Assembly: GCA_963665005.2 (NCBI GenBank)
Contig: CAXXTQ010000002.1
Span: forward strand, 12,964 to 76,963
Direction of reading: 5' to 3'
DNA from: Christensenellaceae bacterium
GTDB lineage: Bacteria > Bacillota > Clostridia > Christensenellales > SZUA-584
Length of the DNA: 64,000 bases
The stretch's first letter is position 1; the number at the start of each line of letters is the position of its first letter. Of this stretch, positions 19,157 through 29,820 are shown piece by piece. Under the pieces are notes generated by a model. It ran no database searches and was not told the DNA's origin. It saw only the letters and a list, made by a program, of their open reading frames with translations. The position numbers and the translations under genes are program-made.

Positions 19157-20352
19157 GATTGGGCCTCCTCAACTTCCGCCGCGATTTCATTAAAGCATTC
19201 TATAAGCTCTCCTTTATGCTCTTCGCTGTACGAATTGGCCTCAATACACTTTAAAAAAACGTCCTGCACTTTCATGCTTTCAAGAGTTTCGCTCGGCTCG
19301 GTTGTGAGTATGCTGCCGAGAAGCGCGCTGTTTCTTATGCTTAAAACTTCTGCGTTTTTGCCTTTTACCGCCTCGTATATATCCGCCGAAAGCCCCGGGT
19401 AAATTTCTTTTCCCGTATATGTTATCTCTATCCAAACATCCTCGTCTGCTGTATCTTTTAAATCGCGCATTATATCAGAATATTCGCCCGAAATAGTTTT
19501 CATAGCCTGAAAGGAGGGCACTTTTATTTTCTCAACAGAAATCCCACCATCCGTATCAATCTCTAAGACGTATTTGCTTTTTTCTGTCTCTGAAAAACTC
19601 ATAGCAAGAGGCGACCCGCAGTACCTAATATTATCTCTGCCCATCACTTTTTGTTCGCTGTGTATATGCCCGAGAGCAACATAATCAAAGACTTCCGGGA
19701 ATATATCCGCGCCCACCTGCCCTAAGCTGCCTACATACAAATCTCTTACGCCGTCGCCCTGCCGAACGCTCGCGCCCTGTGCGAACAAATGGCCCGTCGC
19801 AATAATCGGCAAACCTATTCCCCATTTTTCTCTTTTTCGTACCGCTGCGTTTGCAACATCGCTGTATAGCCTTTCGGTCGCCGTCACGATTTTTTCATCG
19901 CTGTTTATATTATCGTCCTCAATTTTGACCATCTCGTTTTTCCTAAGATAAGGCACGGCGCAGCACACCGCCGCTGCCTTGCCGCTGTTATCAGTTAATG
20001 GTATAACGTGGTCCTCGGGCTCTCGCGGAAACCCTATTACGTGTATATTCAGGCTTTCGAGCACGCCCGCGGGCGCTTCAAGCATACTTGGAGAATCGTG
20101 ATTGCCCGCTACAATAACAGCATTTTTGCAGTTTGTGCAAAGCAGAGACTTTAAAAAATCGTAATACAGTTTCTGCGCCCCGCCTCCCGGCACACCGGTA
20201 TCAAAAATATCGCCCGATACAACAAGCGCTTCGATTTGCCTTGTTTTAATCTGCTCAATAAACCAGGAGAGAAACTTTTCGTGTTCCTCGTGCCTCTTTT
20301 TTGAGTAAAGCGCGTGCCCTATATGCCAGTCGGATGTATGTAATATTTTCAT
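19147..20352 (-). CDS. sbcD: SbcD/Mre11-type nuclease
   Basis: MKILHTSDWHIGH, GDIFD, GNHD and GHIH phosphoesterase motifs. Start trimmed to ATG 20352 (GGAGG upstream). The 3-prime end overlaps sbcC. Confidence 0.9.
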   Translation of the reverse strand: MKILHTSDWHIGHALYSKKRHEEHEKFLSWFIEQIKTRQIEALVVSGDIFDTGVPGGGAQKLYYDFLKSLLCTNCKNAVIVAGNHDSPSMLEAPAGVLESLNIHVIGFPREPEDHVIPLTDNSGKAAAVCCAVPYLRKNEMVKIEDDNINSDEKIVTATERLYSDVANAAVRKREKWGIGLPIIATGHLFAQGASVRQGDGVRDLYVGSLGQVGADIFPEVFDYVALGHIHSEQKVMGRDNIRYCGSPLAMSFSETEKSKYVLEIDTDGGISVEKIKVPSFQAMKTISGEYSDIMRDLKDTADEDVWIEITYTGKEIYPGLSADIYEAVKGKNAEVLSIRNSALLGSILTTEPSETLESMKVQDVFLKCIEANSYSEEHKGELIECFNEIAAEVEEAQSCE

Positions 20353-20517
20353 AGGCGCCTCCGAATTTCCTTGAAATGCTATCGAAAATGGTGTCGATTC
20401 TTGCTGCCGCAAATTTCTAATTAATTGTATCATGCGCCCTGTGTGTTTTCAATGTAACCATAAAAATAGGATGCGCCTTACTAAGACACATCCTGAAAAT
20501 GCGTTTGTTATAAAAAA

Positions 20518-21735
20518 CTATATCTTAAGCGCGGCAAACCTCTCCATAGCTTTTACCGTGTTCTCTCTTGTGTTAAAAGCGGTCAGCCTAAAATACCCTT
20601 CGCCCGCGTTTCCAAAGCCCGCGCCCGGTGTTCCTGCAACGTTCGCTTCTTTTAGCAGCTTATCAAAGAAATCCCACGAAGGCATACCGCCCGGAGTTTT
20701 GAGCCAAATGTACGGTGCGTTTATTCCGCCGAAACATTCTATGCCAAGCGATGATAAACCGTCGAGTATCACCTTAGCGTTTCCAAGATAATAATCTATG
20801 ATTTCTTTAATCTGTTTCTTGCCGTCCGGCGAATAACAGGCAAGCGCACCCTTTTGGGTGATATACGGTACACCGTTGAATTTTGTTGTGTGCCGCCGGT
20901 TCCACATGGAGTTCAGCGACTGCGTCTCGCCGTCGCTGTTTATGCCGAAAAGCGTTTTCGGCACCACAGTATACGCGCACCTTGTGCCCGTGAACCCTGC
21001 CGTTTTAGAAAAGCTTCTGAACTCTATAGCGACCTGTTTTGCGCCGTCTATCTCGTAAATGCTGTGCGGAACATCGTCCTGCCTTATAAACGCTTCGTAC
21101 GCCGCGTCAAAAAGTATGAGCGCATTATTTGCCTTTGCGTAATTCACCCACTCTGTCAGTTCATCTTTTGTCAGCACAGTTCCCGTAGGGTTATTGGGGT
21201 AACAAAGGTAAATGATGTCCACATTGCCAGAAGGCAGCGCCGGTTTAAAACTATTCCCTGCGCTTGCCGTAAGGTAAGTTATATCCGAGTAACCTTTTTT
21301 GTTTTCGTCGTATTCGCCCGAACGCCCCGACATCACGTTTGTATCAACGTACACGGGATATACGGGGTCTTGAACGGCAACGCGGCACATATCGGAAAAA
21401 AGCTCGCCTATGTTGCCCGTGTCGCATTTCGCACCGTCGGAAACGAAAATCTCGTCAGCAGAAATATCAAGGCCGGAGAAATCGTTATCAGCAATCGCCT
21501 CGCGCAGCCAGGCGTACCCCTGCTCGGGTCCGTATCCGTGAAATTTGTCTGCCGTCGCCATATCATCTACCGCGCTTTTCATTGCGTCGGTAATTGCCGG
21601 CGGCAGCGGGCACGTAACATCGCCTATGCCGAGCTTTATTATATCTTCGCCCTTATGGGCATTTATTCTCTTTGCCATTTCGGAAAAAAGATAACTTCCT
21701 CTAAGCCTTTGGTAATTTTCATTGATTAATATCAT
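20518..21735 (-). CDS. dapL: LL-diaminopimelate aminotransferase
   Basis: N-terminus [17 protein letters not shown] and PLP-lysine context [15 protein letters not shown]. Start trimmed to ATG 21735. Confidence 0.85.
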   Translation of the reverse strand: MILINENYQRLRGSYLFSEMAKRINAHKGEDIIKLGIGDVTCPLPPAITDAMKSAVDDMATADKFHGYGPEQGYAWLREAIADNDFSGLDISADEIFVSDGAKCDTGNIGELFSDMCRVAVQDPVYPVYVDTNVMSGRSGEYDENKKGYSDITYLTASAGNSFKPALPSGNVDIIYLCYPNNPTGTVLTKDELTEWVNYAKANNALILFDAAYEAFIRQDDVPHSIYEIDGAKQVAIEFRSFSKTAGFTGTRCAYTVVPKTLFGINSDGETQSLNSMWNRRHTTKFNGVPYITQKGALACYSPDGKKQIKEIIDYYLGNAKVILDGLSSLGIECFGGINAPYIWLKTPGGMPSWDFFDKLLKEANVAGTPGAGFGNAGEGYFRLTAFNTRENTVKAMERFAALKI

Positions 21736-21767
21736 GCAGTATCCTTCTCCTTCGTATAAAATCTTAT

Positions 21768-22616
21768 TTAAAAAGCTTTTCTTATAGCCTTTTTCATCGC
21801 TTCTATAGGCGCATCCATGCCCGTCCATATTTTAAAACCAATCGCTCCCTGATACACCAGCATACCCTGCCCACTGATGATTTTTGCCGCGCCGAGTTTT
21901 TTTGCCTGCTTTAAAAACGGCGTGTCGGGCGGATTTGGAATAACGTCGCAGACAACGAGCCTGCCGTTAACACAAGACATATCAATATCGGGCAAACTGG
22001 TGTCGGGATAAAGCCCGACAGACGTCGCATTAACCAAAATATCCGCTTCGGCAGGTTTTTGCGCCCTGCCTGTCCATTGTATAAACTCGGCTTTGCTTCC
22101 TGTTTTTTCGTTTACCAGATCGGCAAGCGACTGCCCTCGCTCTTTGTTTCGATTTATTATATAAATCTTCGCGGCTCCTTCGAGCGCAGTTTCCACAGCT
22201 ATAGCCCGCGCGGCGCCGCCCGCTCCGAGAAGCGCAATGACCGCTCCTTTTATTTGAACTTTCTCTTGCTTAAGTGCGCGCGTAAAGCCCTGTCCGTCTG
22301 TGTTATATCCAATAAGCTTTCCGTTATCGTTCTTTACCGTATTAACCGCGCCTATGAGCTTTGCGCTTTTATCTATCTCGTCAAGAAAAGGCATGCAGGC
22401 GACTTTATGCGGTATGGTCATATTCATGCCTTTAAAGTTAAGCGCGCGTATGGAAGCAATAGCGTCGCCTAAATCCTCCGGCTTTACGAGCAGGTTAAGA
22501 TAATGCCAGAAAAGCCCCTTTGCCGCAAACGCCGCGTCTTGTATTACGACGGTCGGGTTCTCGTCTACAGGATATCCGAACACTCCTACGAGTTCCTGCC
22601 TAAAATTTTCTGCCAT
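21768..22616 (-). CDS. aroE: Shikimate/quinate 5-dehydrogenase family protein
   Basis: Motifs MTIPHK, NTDGQGF and GAGGAARA. The N-terminal substrate motif is atypical, so the exact substrate is uncertain. Confidence 0.7.
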   Translation of the reverse strand: MAENFRQELVGVFGYPVDENPTVVIQDAAFAAKGLFWHYLNLLVKPEDLGDAIASIRALNFKGMNMTIPHKVACMPFLDEIDKSAKLIGAVNTVKNDNGKLIGYNTDGQGFTRALKQEKVQIKGAVIALLGAGGAARAIAVETALEGAAKIYIINRNKERGQSLADLVNEKTGSKAEFIQWTGRAQKPAEADILVNATSVGLYPDTSLPDIDMSCVNGRLVVCDVIPNPPDTPFLKQAKKLGAAKIISGQGMLVYQGAIGFKIWTGMDAPIEAMKKAIRKAF

Positions 22617-22705
22617 AACCTACACTCACCAGCTTTCCCCATTAAAAAAAACATATGTTAGCCTTATTTTCTGTCTATTATACTACAGCACATAAGGCAG
22701 CGGCG

Positions 22706-23374
22706 TCAATACTTATGAGCTTTGTTTGCAGGTATTCTTATGCATGTTCCCTCAGTAAATTCGCTTGGCCTGACGTTCTCGTTGGCGGCAAGAAGAGCGC
22801 TGACTTTTATTCCGAATTTGCCGGCGACGCAAACTACATCTTCTCCTTTTTCTATGGTATAGAGTTCGCCTCCGGCATGCCTTGGCATTTTTCTTTCTAT
22901 GTTTACTTTCTGCCCCGGTTTTACATCAAGCGGGCTGATGCCCGGATTAAGAGCGCAAAACGTCGTAACATCCATATTATATTTTCTTAGCACATCGAAA
23001 AGCCCTTCGTTTTCTTTTAGTATATAGCTTTCATCCGAAGTTTTATGTGAGCCGTGCGGAATAATTATTATCTGCCCGGGAATATAGTACGACGGGTTAA
23101 GATAAGGGTTTGCGCCAAGCAGCACATCAAGCGTTATGTCATGCCGCTTTGCGATTTTAAAAAGTGTGTCGCCTTTTTTAACCGTGTAAAAAGAACCTCT
23201 TGCGCATCCGCCGCATTTACAGGGAATTTTCAGCGCCGCTCCTTTTGTTATATTACTAATATCATTGCTGTTTTTTATCTCTTTTTCGCTGACCGAAAAC
23301 TTTTTTGCTATAGACTCAAAAGTTTCGCCCTCCTGAGCGCAGTAATCAAAATAGCTGTAAGGGCACTGCATCAT
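22706..23374 (-). CDS. Multi-LysM-domain protein (no signal peptide; spore-coat/SafA-like)
   Basis: Repeated LysM-like units (YTVKKGDTLFKIAKRHDITLDVLLGANP, YTIEKGEDVVCVAGKFGIKVSALLAAN, and others). Confidence 0.7.
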   Translation of the reverse strand: MMQCPYSYFDYCAQEGETFESIAKKFSVSEKEIKNSNDISNITKGAALKIPCKCGGCARGSFYTVKKGDTLFKIAKRHDITLDVLLGANPYLNPSYYIPGQIIIIPHGSHKTSDESYILKENEGLFDVLRKYNMDVTTFCALNPGISPLDVKPGQKVNIERKMPRHAGGELYTIEKGEDVVCVAGKFGIKVSALLAANENVRPSEFTEGTCIRIPANKAHKY

Positions 23375-23580
23375 TTATCTCGCCTCGCTAAAAAATTTTA
23401 TTACTATATTTATATTTTGAGCCTTTGCAATTAATGACGCGGTTTTAAGGCAGATATAAAATCGCCGTTAAAAAAGAGAATATTAATAAATTGAGTTTGC
23501 ATTTTACAGAGCTGATTGATAAAATGAGAGTTAATCACAAAGTTACAAGTAATTCAATATTCGATAAAGGGCGGCAGAAA

Positions 23581-24483
23581 ATGCAAAGCATTGCAAAGCA
23601 GATTGAAAAACTTAAAAAAGAAAAAAACGCGGTCATACTCGCGCATTATTACCAGACCGGAGATATTATCGATATCGCGGACATGGTGGGAGATTCTTAC
23701 GGACTCAGCAAAAAAGCAAAAGAAACGCGAGCTGATATCATAGTTTTTTGCGGAGTAAGGTTTATGGCGGAAAGCGCCAAGATATTAAGCCCGGATAAAA
23801 AAGTCCTTCTTCCCGTGAGCGGCGCAGGCTGCCCCATGGCGGATATGGTAACTCCGCAGGATATAATAAACCTCAGAAAAAAATATCCGCAGGCTGCGGT
23901 TGTGTGCTATGTCAACTCGACATCGCAAGTAAAGGCGCAAAGCGACGTATGCGTAACCTCATCTAATGCGGTAATTGTTGTGCGCTCGCTAAAAGAAAAA
24001 CAGATAATTTTCGTGCCCGACCAGAACCTTGCCAGATACGTCGCCAGCAAACTGCCCGAAAAGCAGATTATACTGTTTGACGGATATTGCATAGTCCACC
24101 ACCAGGTAAGCGCAAAAGAAGTTGATGATGTTAAGGCCTCTCTGCCTGACGCTTTGCTTCTCGTGCATCCCGAATGCGCGCAGGAAGTAGTGCAAAAGGC
24201 CGATTTTGTAGGAAGCACGGCAGGAATAATAGAATATGCCAAATCGTCCGAAAATGAGGAGTTTATTATAGGAACAGAACTGGGTATCATGCATGTTTTG
24301 AAAAAACAAAATCCCAATAAAAAATTCTATCTTTTAACTCCCAGGCTACTGTGCTCTAATATGAAAAAAACAAAGATTGCTGATGTTCGTGATGCGCTTT
24401 TGTTAGAACAGCACGAGATACAGCTTGATAAGCAAGTTATGCAAAAAGCCAAAAAAAGCCTTGACCGAATGCTGATGGCTTGA
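23581..24483 (+). CDS. nadA: Quinolinate synthase
   Basis: ILAHYYQ and FCGVRFMAE with conserved Cys positions. Start trimmed to ATG 23581. Confidence 0.9.
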   Translation: MQSIAKQIEKLKKEKNAVILAHYYQTGDIIDIADMVGDSYGLSKKAKETRADIIVFCGVRFMAESAKILSPDKKVLLPVSGAGCPMADMVTPQDIINLRKKYPQAAVVCYVNSTSQVKAQSDVCVTSSNAVIVVRSLKEKQIIFVPDQNLARYVASKLPEKQIILFDGYCIVHHQVSAKEVDDVKASLPDALLLVHPECAQEVVQKADFVGSTAGIIEYAKSSENEEFIIGTELGIMHVLKKQNPNKKFYLLTPRLLCSNMKKTKIADVRDALLLEQHEIQLDKQVMQKAKKSLDRMLMA

Positions 24484-24511
24484 TGATCATTATTTTGAGA
24501 CGGGAGCTTTT

Positions 24512-26068
24512 ATGAGAAGGTATGTTTTTGATATATCAAAAAAAGATGTACAGACACACGACATTGATGTCGCTATAATCGGCAGCGGGCTGGCAGGCCT
24601 TTATTCGGCGTACCATTTAGACGAATCGCTCTCGTGCGCTCTTTTTACCAAGGAAGAAATTGAAACGAGTTCTTCTTCGCTTGCCCAGGGCGGTATTGCC
24701 GCCGTTACCGAAAAGGACGATAATTTCACATATCATTTTCAGGATACCATTAACGCGGGCGCGGGCATGTGCGACGAAAAAGCGGTACGCATAATAGTTG
24801 AAGAAGGGCCAAAAGAGATAGAAGAACTTTTAGCACTCGGTGCAAACTTTGACCTTGACAGCAAAGGCAACCTTTTAACTACGCGCGAAGGCGGCCATGG
24901 CATGAGCCGTATACTGCACGCAGGCGGAGACGCTACCGGCCTTGAGATGGTAAGAACATTAAAAGAAACGGTAAAGCGCAAAAAAAGCGTTGCTCTGCAT
25001 GAAAATTCTTTTGTTGCCGATATTATCACGGATAAAACGGGCGTCGTCGGTTTAATGGTATACGAAAACGGCGGCTGGCATTTATATGCAACAAATCATG
25101 TAATATTAGCTTCGGGGGGCCTCGGCCAAATATACAGGTACACTACCAACCCGAGCGTAGCGACGGGCGACGGGTTCGCTCTTGCCGAGCGCGCGGGCGC
25201 GGCCATGGAAAATATGGAGTTTATACAGTTTCACCCTACAGGATTATATACTCCCGAAAACCGCAACAAGCAGTGTTTTTTAATATCAGAGGCGGTACGC
25301 GGCGAAGGAGGCATACTTCTAAACGATGCGGGCGAAAGATTTATGAAAGGGCGTCATCCGCTTGCTGAACTGGCGCCGAGAGACATAGTCGCGCGAGAAA
25401 TATATAACGAGATACAAAACCAGAAATCACCGTTTGTTAAACTTGATATTACGCATAAATCAAAAGATTTTTTAAAGAGCCGTTTTCCGACAATTTACAA
25501 CACCTGCAAGCAAACTGGCATAGATATTTCAAAAGATTATATACCCGTCGGCCCTGTACAGCATTATATGATGGGCGGCGTAAAATCTGATCTTATGGGG
25601 AAAACAAACGTAAACGGGCTTTTGGTATGCGGCGAAGTTGCGTCAACGGGCGTGCACGGCGCAAACCGGCTTGCGAGCAATTCTACTTTAGAATGCCTCG
25701 TATTCGGAAGAAGATGCGCGAAAGTCGTCAGCGAAGCGTTTACCAAACAAAAAGATAAAAATATAATGCCTGTTCTAGCTGCTGCCAAAGACAAAAAATT
25801 TGATACGACTGCGGCTATGATAAGTATTAAAGGCCTCATGATAAGATACTGCGGTATTTTGCGCAGCGACGAGAATCTGAAATATGCAGCAGGAAAAATT
25901 GATGACTTGTTCGCTAAATTAAGAAACGCGCGGCTTAGCACCATCAAACAAATGGAGCTTTATAACATGACTATAGTCGCAAAAAATATTTTAAAGTGCG
26001 CTCAAAAAAGAAAAAATTCTGTAGGTGCGCATTTCCGCACAGACGAAGGAGAAACTTCTGATGATTGA
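24512..26068 (+). CDS. nadB: L-aspartate oxidase
   Basis: FAD motif IIGSGLAGL, SSSLAQGGIAA and HYMMGG. 518 aa. Confidence 0.9.
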   Translation: MRRYVFDISKKDVQTHDIDVAIIGSGLAGLYSAYHLDESLSCALFTKEEIETSSSSLAQGGIAAVTEKDDNFTYHFQDTINAGAGMCDEKAVRIIVEEGPKEIEELLALGANFDLDSKGNLLTTREGGHGMSRILHAGGDATGLEMVRTLKETVKRKKSVALHENSFVADIITDKTGVVGLMVYENGGWHLYATNHVILASGGLGQIYRYTTNPSVATGDGFALAERAGAAMENMEFIQFHPTGLYTPENRNKQCFLISEAVRGEGGILLNDAGERFMKGRHPLAELAPRDIVAREIYNEIQNQKSPFVKLDITHKSKDFLKSRFPTIYNTCKQTGIDISKDYIPVGPVQHYMMGGVKSDLMGKTNVNGLLVCGEVASTGVHGANRLASNSTLECLVFGRRCAKVVSEAFTKQKDKNIMPVLAAAKDKKFDTTAAMISIKGLMIRYCGILRSDENLKYAAGKIDDLFAKLRNARLSTIKQMELYNMTIVAKNILKCAQKRKNSVGAHFRTDEGETSDD

Positions 26069-26894
26069 CAATACGCTGCTTAATAAGATAATAAAAAGAG
26101 CGCTCGAAGAAGATTTGAATACAGGCGATATAACAACAATGAGCACCGTGCCAAAAGAAACAAATATCAGCGGAAATTTTATCGCCAAGACAGATGGTAT
26201 TCTTTGCGGAATAGATATCGCAAAATCGGTTTTTGCGTACTTAGACCCGCAGGTTAAATTAGACTGCTTTTTCAAAGACGGCGATACTGTAAAAAAAGGC
26301 GATGTCATAGCCAAAATTAAAGGGCGGGCAATATCTGTGCTCTCGGGCGAAAGGCTCGCGCTTAACCTTATGCAGCGTCTTTCGGGAATAGCCACCAAAA
26401 CAAGACAGGCGGCAGATAAGGTTGCTAATTTTGATGTAAGAATCCTTGACACGAGAAAGACAACGCCGGGGCTGCGCATGCTCGAAAAATACGCAGTGCG
26501 AACGGGCGGCGGATATAACCACCGCTTTACGCTCTCTGACGGCGTGCTCATTAAAGACAACCATATAAAAGCGGCGGGCGGTATAGGCAAGGCCGTTTCG
26601 GCGGCAAGAGATTTTGTGCCGCACACTTTAAAGATTGAGGTAGAAGTCGAGACGATTGAGCAGGTTAAGCAGGCGCTTGCTGCCCGCGCGGATATCATAA
26701 TGCTCGATAACATGAGCAATGATATGATGAGCCAGGCGGTTGCATTAATAGACAAAAAAGCATTAGTTGAAGCGTCGGGAAACATGGACGGAAAAGACCT
26801 TCGCGAAGTTGCCGAGACCGGCGTCGATTTTATATCGATAGGCGCGCTTACTAATTCGGTTAACCCACTGGATATAAGTTTAAAATTTGATTAA
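26061..26894 (+). CDS. nadC: Nicotinate-nucleotide pyrophosphorylase (carboxylating)
   Basis: ALEEDL..GDITT, TRKTTPGLR and MLDNM. Start ATG 26061 overlaps the nadB stop. Confidence 0.9.
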   Translation: MIDNTLLNKIIKRALEEDLNTGDITTMSTVPKETNISGNFIAKTDGILCGIDIAKSVFAYLDPQVKLDCFFKDGDTVKKGDVIAKIKGRAISVLSGERLALNLMQRLSGIATKTRQAADKVANFDVRILDTRKTTPGLRMLEKYAVRTGGGYNHRFTLSDGVLIKDNHIKAAGGIGKAVSAARDFVPHTLKIEVEVETIEQVKQALAARADIIMLDNMSNDMMSQAVALIDKKALVEASGNMDGKDLREVAETGVDFISIGALTNSVNPLDISLKFD

Positions 26895-26906
26895 AGAGAT
26901 TTTTGG

Positions 26907-26937
26907 AAAAGCCGCAGCAAAAATGCTGCGGCTTTTT
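26907..26937. terminator. Bidirectional rho-independent terminator (nadC on plus; ancestral tRNA-Gln flank on minus)
   Basis: Stem gccgcagca/tgctgcggc with an AAAA loop, flanked by an A-run upstream and a T-run downstream. Confidence 0.75.
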
Positions 26938-26941
26938 CCTT

Positions 26942-26964
26942 TGGCAGCGGAACTAGGATTCGAA
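26942..26964 (-). repeat. Direct repeat 1: copy of the 3-prime 23 nt of tRNA-Gln (att-like)
   Basis: tggcagcggaactaggattcgaa is identical to 41861-41883 and to 42137-42159 (T-loop to CCA end of tRNA-Gln), in the same orientation. Confidence 0.85.
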
Positions 26965-27340
26965 ACAGAATTAAACGTATTTTCTGGTATTTTCCTGTTA
27001 TGTCATGTCCAGAAAATGCCTTTATAAAGGCATTATTTGTTTCGTTGTGTCTATAGCGTTCCAAGCGATTATAAAGCTTTTGTATCCAAACCAATATTCC
27101 TATTTTTTGATAATGAGTATATTATAATATTCCACAATCATTTTTCAGAGTGAGCTTTTTGCATTAGTATCTTTCCTCCTAATTGCCTTTGAAGCTATGA
27201 TTCCTTGACTTATTTTAATGTCTACCTCTTGTAATTTGCTGATGATCTATTCATCTGTGTAAATTCTTTTAGCAATATTCCTTCATCTCTTGATTTATTA
27301 TATCATCAGTAAATCCCCACTTTTCATACCTTTAACCAGC
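26965..27340 (-). mobile_element. Heavily decayed transposase/integrase remnant at the island edge
   Basis: Only short interrupted frames. The minus-strand translation contains EKMIVEYYN...IKK and FGYKSF, reminiscent of the C-terminus of rve/IS3-type DDE transposases. No intact ORF. Confidence 0.25.
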
Positions 27341-27343
27341 TTT

Positions 27344-28879
27344 TTAGCTCTCCCCCATATCCTGCAGCCTCTCAAAGAAACCATGAAGCTCTACCATATA
27401 CTTAGAGTAAAGCTCGATATGCTTAGCATATTTCTCTTTCATTTCCGGCTTTGGATCATAAGCCTTCTCTTCTTTGACAAACCGTTTCGCCGTCTCTTTT
27501 ATATCCTTGAACACGCCTATCGCATTGCCCGCTAGTATCGCCGCTCCCCACATAGCAACATCCTCGCGGTTCAGCGTCTTGTACCTCTTCCCCTGTGCGT
27601 CAGCGCACATCTGTGTCCAGACAGGCGATTTCGCACCGCCGCCTATTATCTTTATGTTATCAATATTGTACTCAGGATAAAGCCTCTCGATGCTTCTTAA
27701 GCATAATGTAAAATCGTAGGTAAAGCTTTCGAGCAACGCTCGGTAAAAATGTTCTTTCTTATGGCTCCAGTCATGCCCCATCCACAATCCTCGCAAAGCT
27801 CCGTCAAGCGGCATCGAGCTCCCGCCTAAAAGCCCCAGCGCCATAAGCCCGTCGCACCCTATCGGCAACGCATCTACCTTCTTCTCTATCTCGGCAAACA
27901 TCTCTTTTGTAGAAACGCCTTCTTGTCTTACAAAAGTATTCATGAACCAGTCAAGCGTTATTCCCGAACCGGCAACGAAGTGTACCGCGTAAAACTCACC
28001 GGGTACAGCCGATGGAACGACATCAAGCCGCCTCTCCTTTAGATCCGGCCTGTATTGCTCCACACACGTACTGATCATACCATACGAAGACGCTTCAAAA
28101 ATCGTCTCTCCGGGCGTCACAATAGCGGCCCCTAGCGCACCAGCAGCTTTATCGCCCGCCCCGGAAACAAGCGGAACGCCTTCCTTCAACCCCATTACAT
28201 CAGCCATTTTCCCGGAAAGACGGCCGCATATGTAGTTTGACCTCACTATTTTTGGCAGATACTTTTTTTCAAGTCCTATGGCGTCACATATCTTGTCAGA
28301 CCATTGGTCGTTTTGTACATCCGCAAGTCCCGTCCATTCTGTATACGACCTGTCTATTACCGCTTCTTCTATCGGCACATTCCCAAGCCTGCCGATAACA
28401 TATCCGCTAATCATCAGATACTTGGCGATTTTTTTGCTTTCGTCGGGAAACTCATTTTTGAACCATTCATATTTTGGAGCCATCTGAGGAAAATTAGTAC
28501 CCGCAATCCCTAGGAAGTCATCCTTGAGTTCCCCCATCTGCCGCTCCGCATACGGCATATACCGGCTGTCAAGCGAGCAAGACCAAGTTGTTATATCATT
28601 CCAGTCCTTGTCTACCCCCATGAATCCGGACATCTGCCCGGTAAAAGCGATAGCCTCTATGTTTTTAGCACGGTCTCCAAGCGCTTGCGATATCTTTTTT
28701 ACGCATTCAACTACCGATTCAAAAAGCTCCTCGCCTTTCTGTATAAACACTCCCGGGCTTGGCCGGTAATCTTTTACAGGCTCATTTGCAATCGCCACAC
28801 AATTACTTGACGTATCATATACTCCCGCCTTTATGAAGCTCGTCCCAAGGTCAACCGCCAGCAGTAATACTTCTTGCAT
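27344..28879 (-). CDS. FGGY-family carbohydrate kinase (xylulokinase-like)
   Basis: 511 aa. N-terminal LAVDLGTSFIKAG and C-terminal GGGAKSPVW motifs. Confidence 0.85.
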   Translation of the reverse strand: MQEVLLLAVDLGTSFIKAGVYDTSSNCVAIANEPVKDYRPSPGVFIQKGEELFESVVECVKKISQALGDRAKNIEAIAFTGQMSGFMGVDKDWNDITTWSCSLDSRYMPYAERQMGELKDDFLGIAGTNFPQMAPKYEWFKNEFPDESKKIAKYLMISGYVIGRLGNVPIEEAVIDRSYTEWTGLADVQNDQWSDKICDAIGLEKKYLPKIVRSNYICGRLSGKMADVMGLKEGVPLVSGAGDKAAGALGAAIVTPGETIFEASSYGMISTCVEQYRPDLKERRLDVVPSAVPGEFYAVHFVAGSGITLDWFMNTFVRQEGVSTKEMFAEIEKKVDALPIGCDGLMALGLLGGSSMPLDGALRGLWMGHDWSHKKEHFYRALLESFTYDFTLCLRSIERLYPEYNIDNIKIIGGGAKSPVWTQMCADAQGKRYKTLNREDVAMWGAAILAGNAIGVFKDIKETAKRFVKEEKAYDPKPEMKEKYAKHIELYSKYMVELHGFFERLQDMGES

Positions 28880-29034
28880 TTTCCCTTTTCCTCCTCAATA
28901 ATCTCTCTGTTAAAACAATTTGAGAGCAAAAGACAATCTTATTGCAGCTTGTCAAATGCCCTCAAATCACCCCTTCACTCTACTAAAAATCAGAGGTATT
29001 AGCATCTATATATTTTTTGTTCGCACCTTTTTAC

Positions 29035-29808
29035 TCATACTCCCGTATCAGTCTTTTCCTGATTCGGCTGTCCGTTCCAAGCCGACAAGCCTCCGTCCAC
29101 GGGAATGTTCACTCCGCATAGATGTGTAGCCTGATCGGACGCGAGATATACGATCACGTTTGCGCACCACTCCGGCTCGCACAACGCCCTTGCGGGCATA
29201 TTCTTGCGGAAACTCTCCAAAACCGCTCTAGATGCGCCCGTTAAAAACATTGGCGTCTTGACCGCCGAAGGCGATATTATGTTAACACGCACGCCCTGCA
29301 TTGAGTAATCCATGGCTACTGCCCTCGACATCGCTATAACGGCGCCTTTTGTCGCGCAGTAAAGCGACATGTTATAATCTCCGCCCATACCAGATACTGA
29401 TGCAACATTAACTATTGCGCCCTTCTTCTTGGCGAGCATCTGGGGCCCGAACGCCTTCATGGTATGGAATGTACCGCGTACATTTACATCAAACTGGAAA
29501 TCATAGTCCTCTTCCGGCGCATCCTCAATCTGCCCAACTCGGAACACACCCGCACAGTTTGCCAACACATCCGCTCCGCCTGCATCGTTAACCATCTTTG
29601 CAAGAGCCTCTACCTGTTCCCATTTGCCTACATCCGCAGCCTTACAGAAAACATTACCCGGATAATCCTTTTCGAACTCGCCGCATACGCTCTGAAGCTG
29701 ATCCGCTTTCCAATCCGTCATAAAAACTTTATCACCAAGCTTCAAGAAAGCTTCTACCGTTGACTTGCCAACTCCTGATGCAGCCCCTGTAACTACTACA
29801 TTTCTCAT
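29035..29808 (-). CDS. Short-chain dehydrogenase/reductase
   Basis: TGAASGVGKS cofactor motif and YCATKGAV catalytic YxxxK. Confidence 0.9.
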   Translation of the reverse strand: MRNVVVTGAASGVGKSTVEAFLKLGDKVFMTDWKADQLQSVCGEFEKDYPGNVFCKAADVGKWEQVEALAKMVNDAGGADVLANCAGVFRVGQIEDAPEEDYDFQFDVNVRGTFHTMKAFGPQMLAKKKGAIVNVASVSGMGGDYNMSLYCATKGAVIAMSRAVAMDYSMQGVRVNIISPSAVKTPMFLTGASRAVLESFRKNMPARALCEPEWCANVIVYLASDQATHLCGVNIPVDGGLSAWNGQPNQEKTDTGV

Positions 29809-29820
29809 TTTATTACCTCC

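Noticed and set aside
16193-20352. SbcC/SbcD pair considered as a possible phage-defence ATPase-nuclease system.
   Set aside because: Sizes, the CPLC zinc hook, the Mre11-type phosphoesterase motifs, the overlapping genes and the housekeeping neighbours (typA, dapL) all fit the canonical SbcCD DNA-repair nuclease. No extra defence-type genes are adjacent.
20854-21729. 291-aa plus-strand ORF antisense to dapL.
   Set aside because: Arg/Cys/Val-rich nonsense composition, no RBS, and fully embedded in a conserved aminotransferase gene.
23375-23580. Looked for an NAD-responsive riboswitch or NiaR-type operator upstream of nadA.
   Set aside because: The region is AT-rich, with only a plausible promoter (TTTGCA...TGATAAAAT). 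I could not identify a conserved structured element or a convincing palindrome by eye.
25991-26785. 264-aa minus-strand ORF antisense to nadB/nadC.
   Set aside because: Ser/Leu/Ala-rich low-complexity translation with no start context. It overlaps two strongly supported NAD biosynthesis genes.
27290-27535. 81-aa plus-strand ORF overlapping the 3-prime end of the FGGY kinase gene.
   Set aside because: It is antisense to a conserved kinase C-terminus and extends into the decayed island edge. There is no start context.
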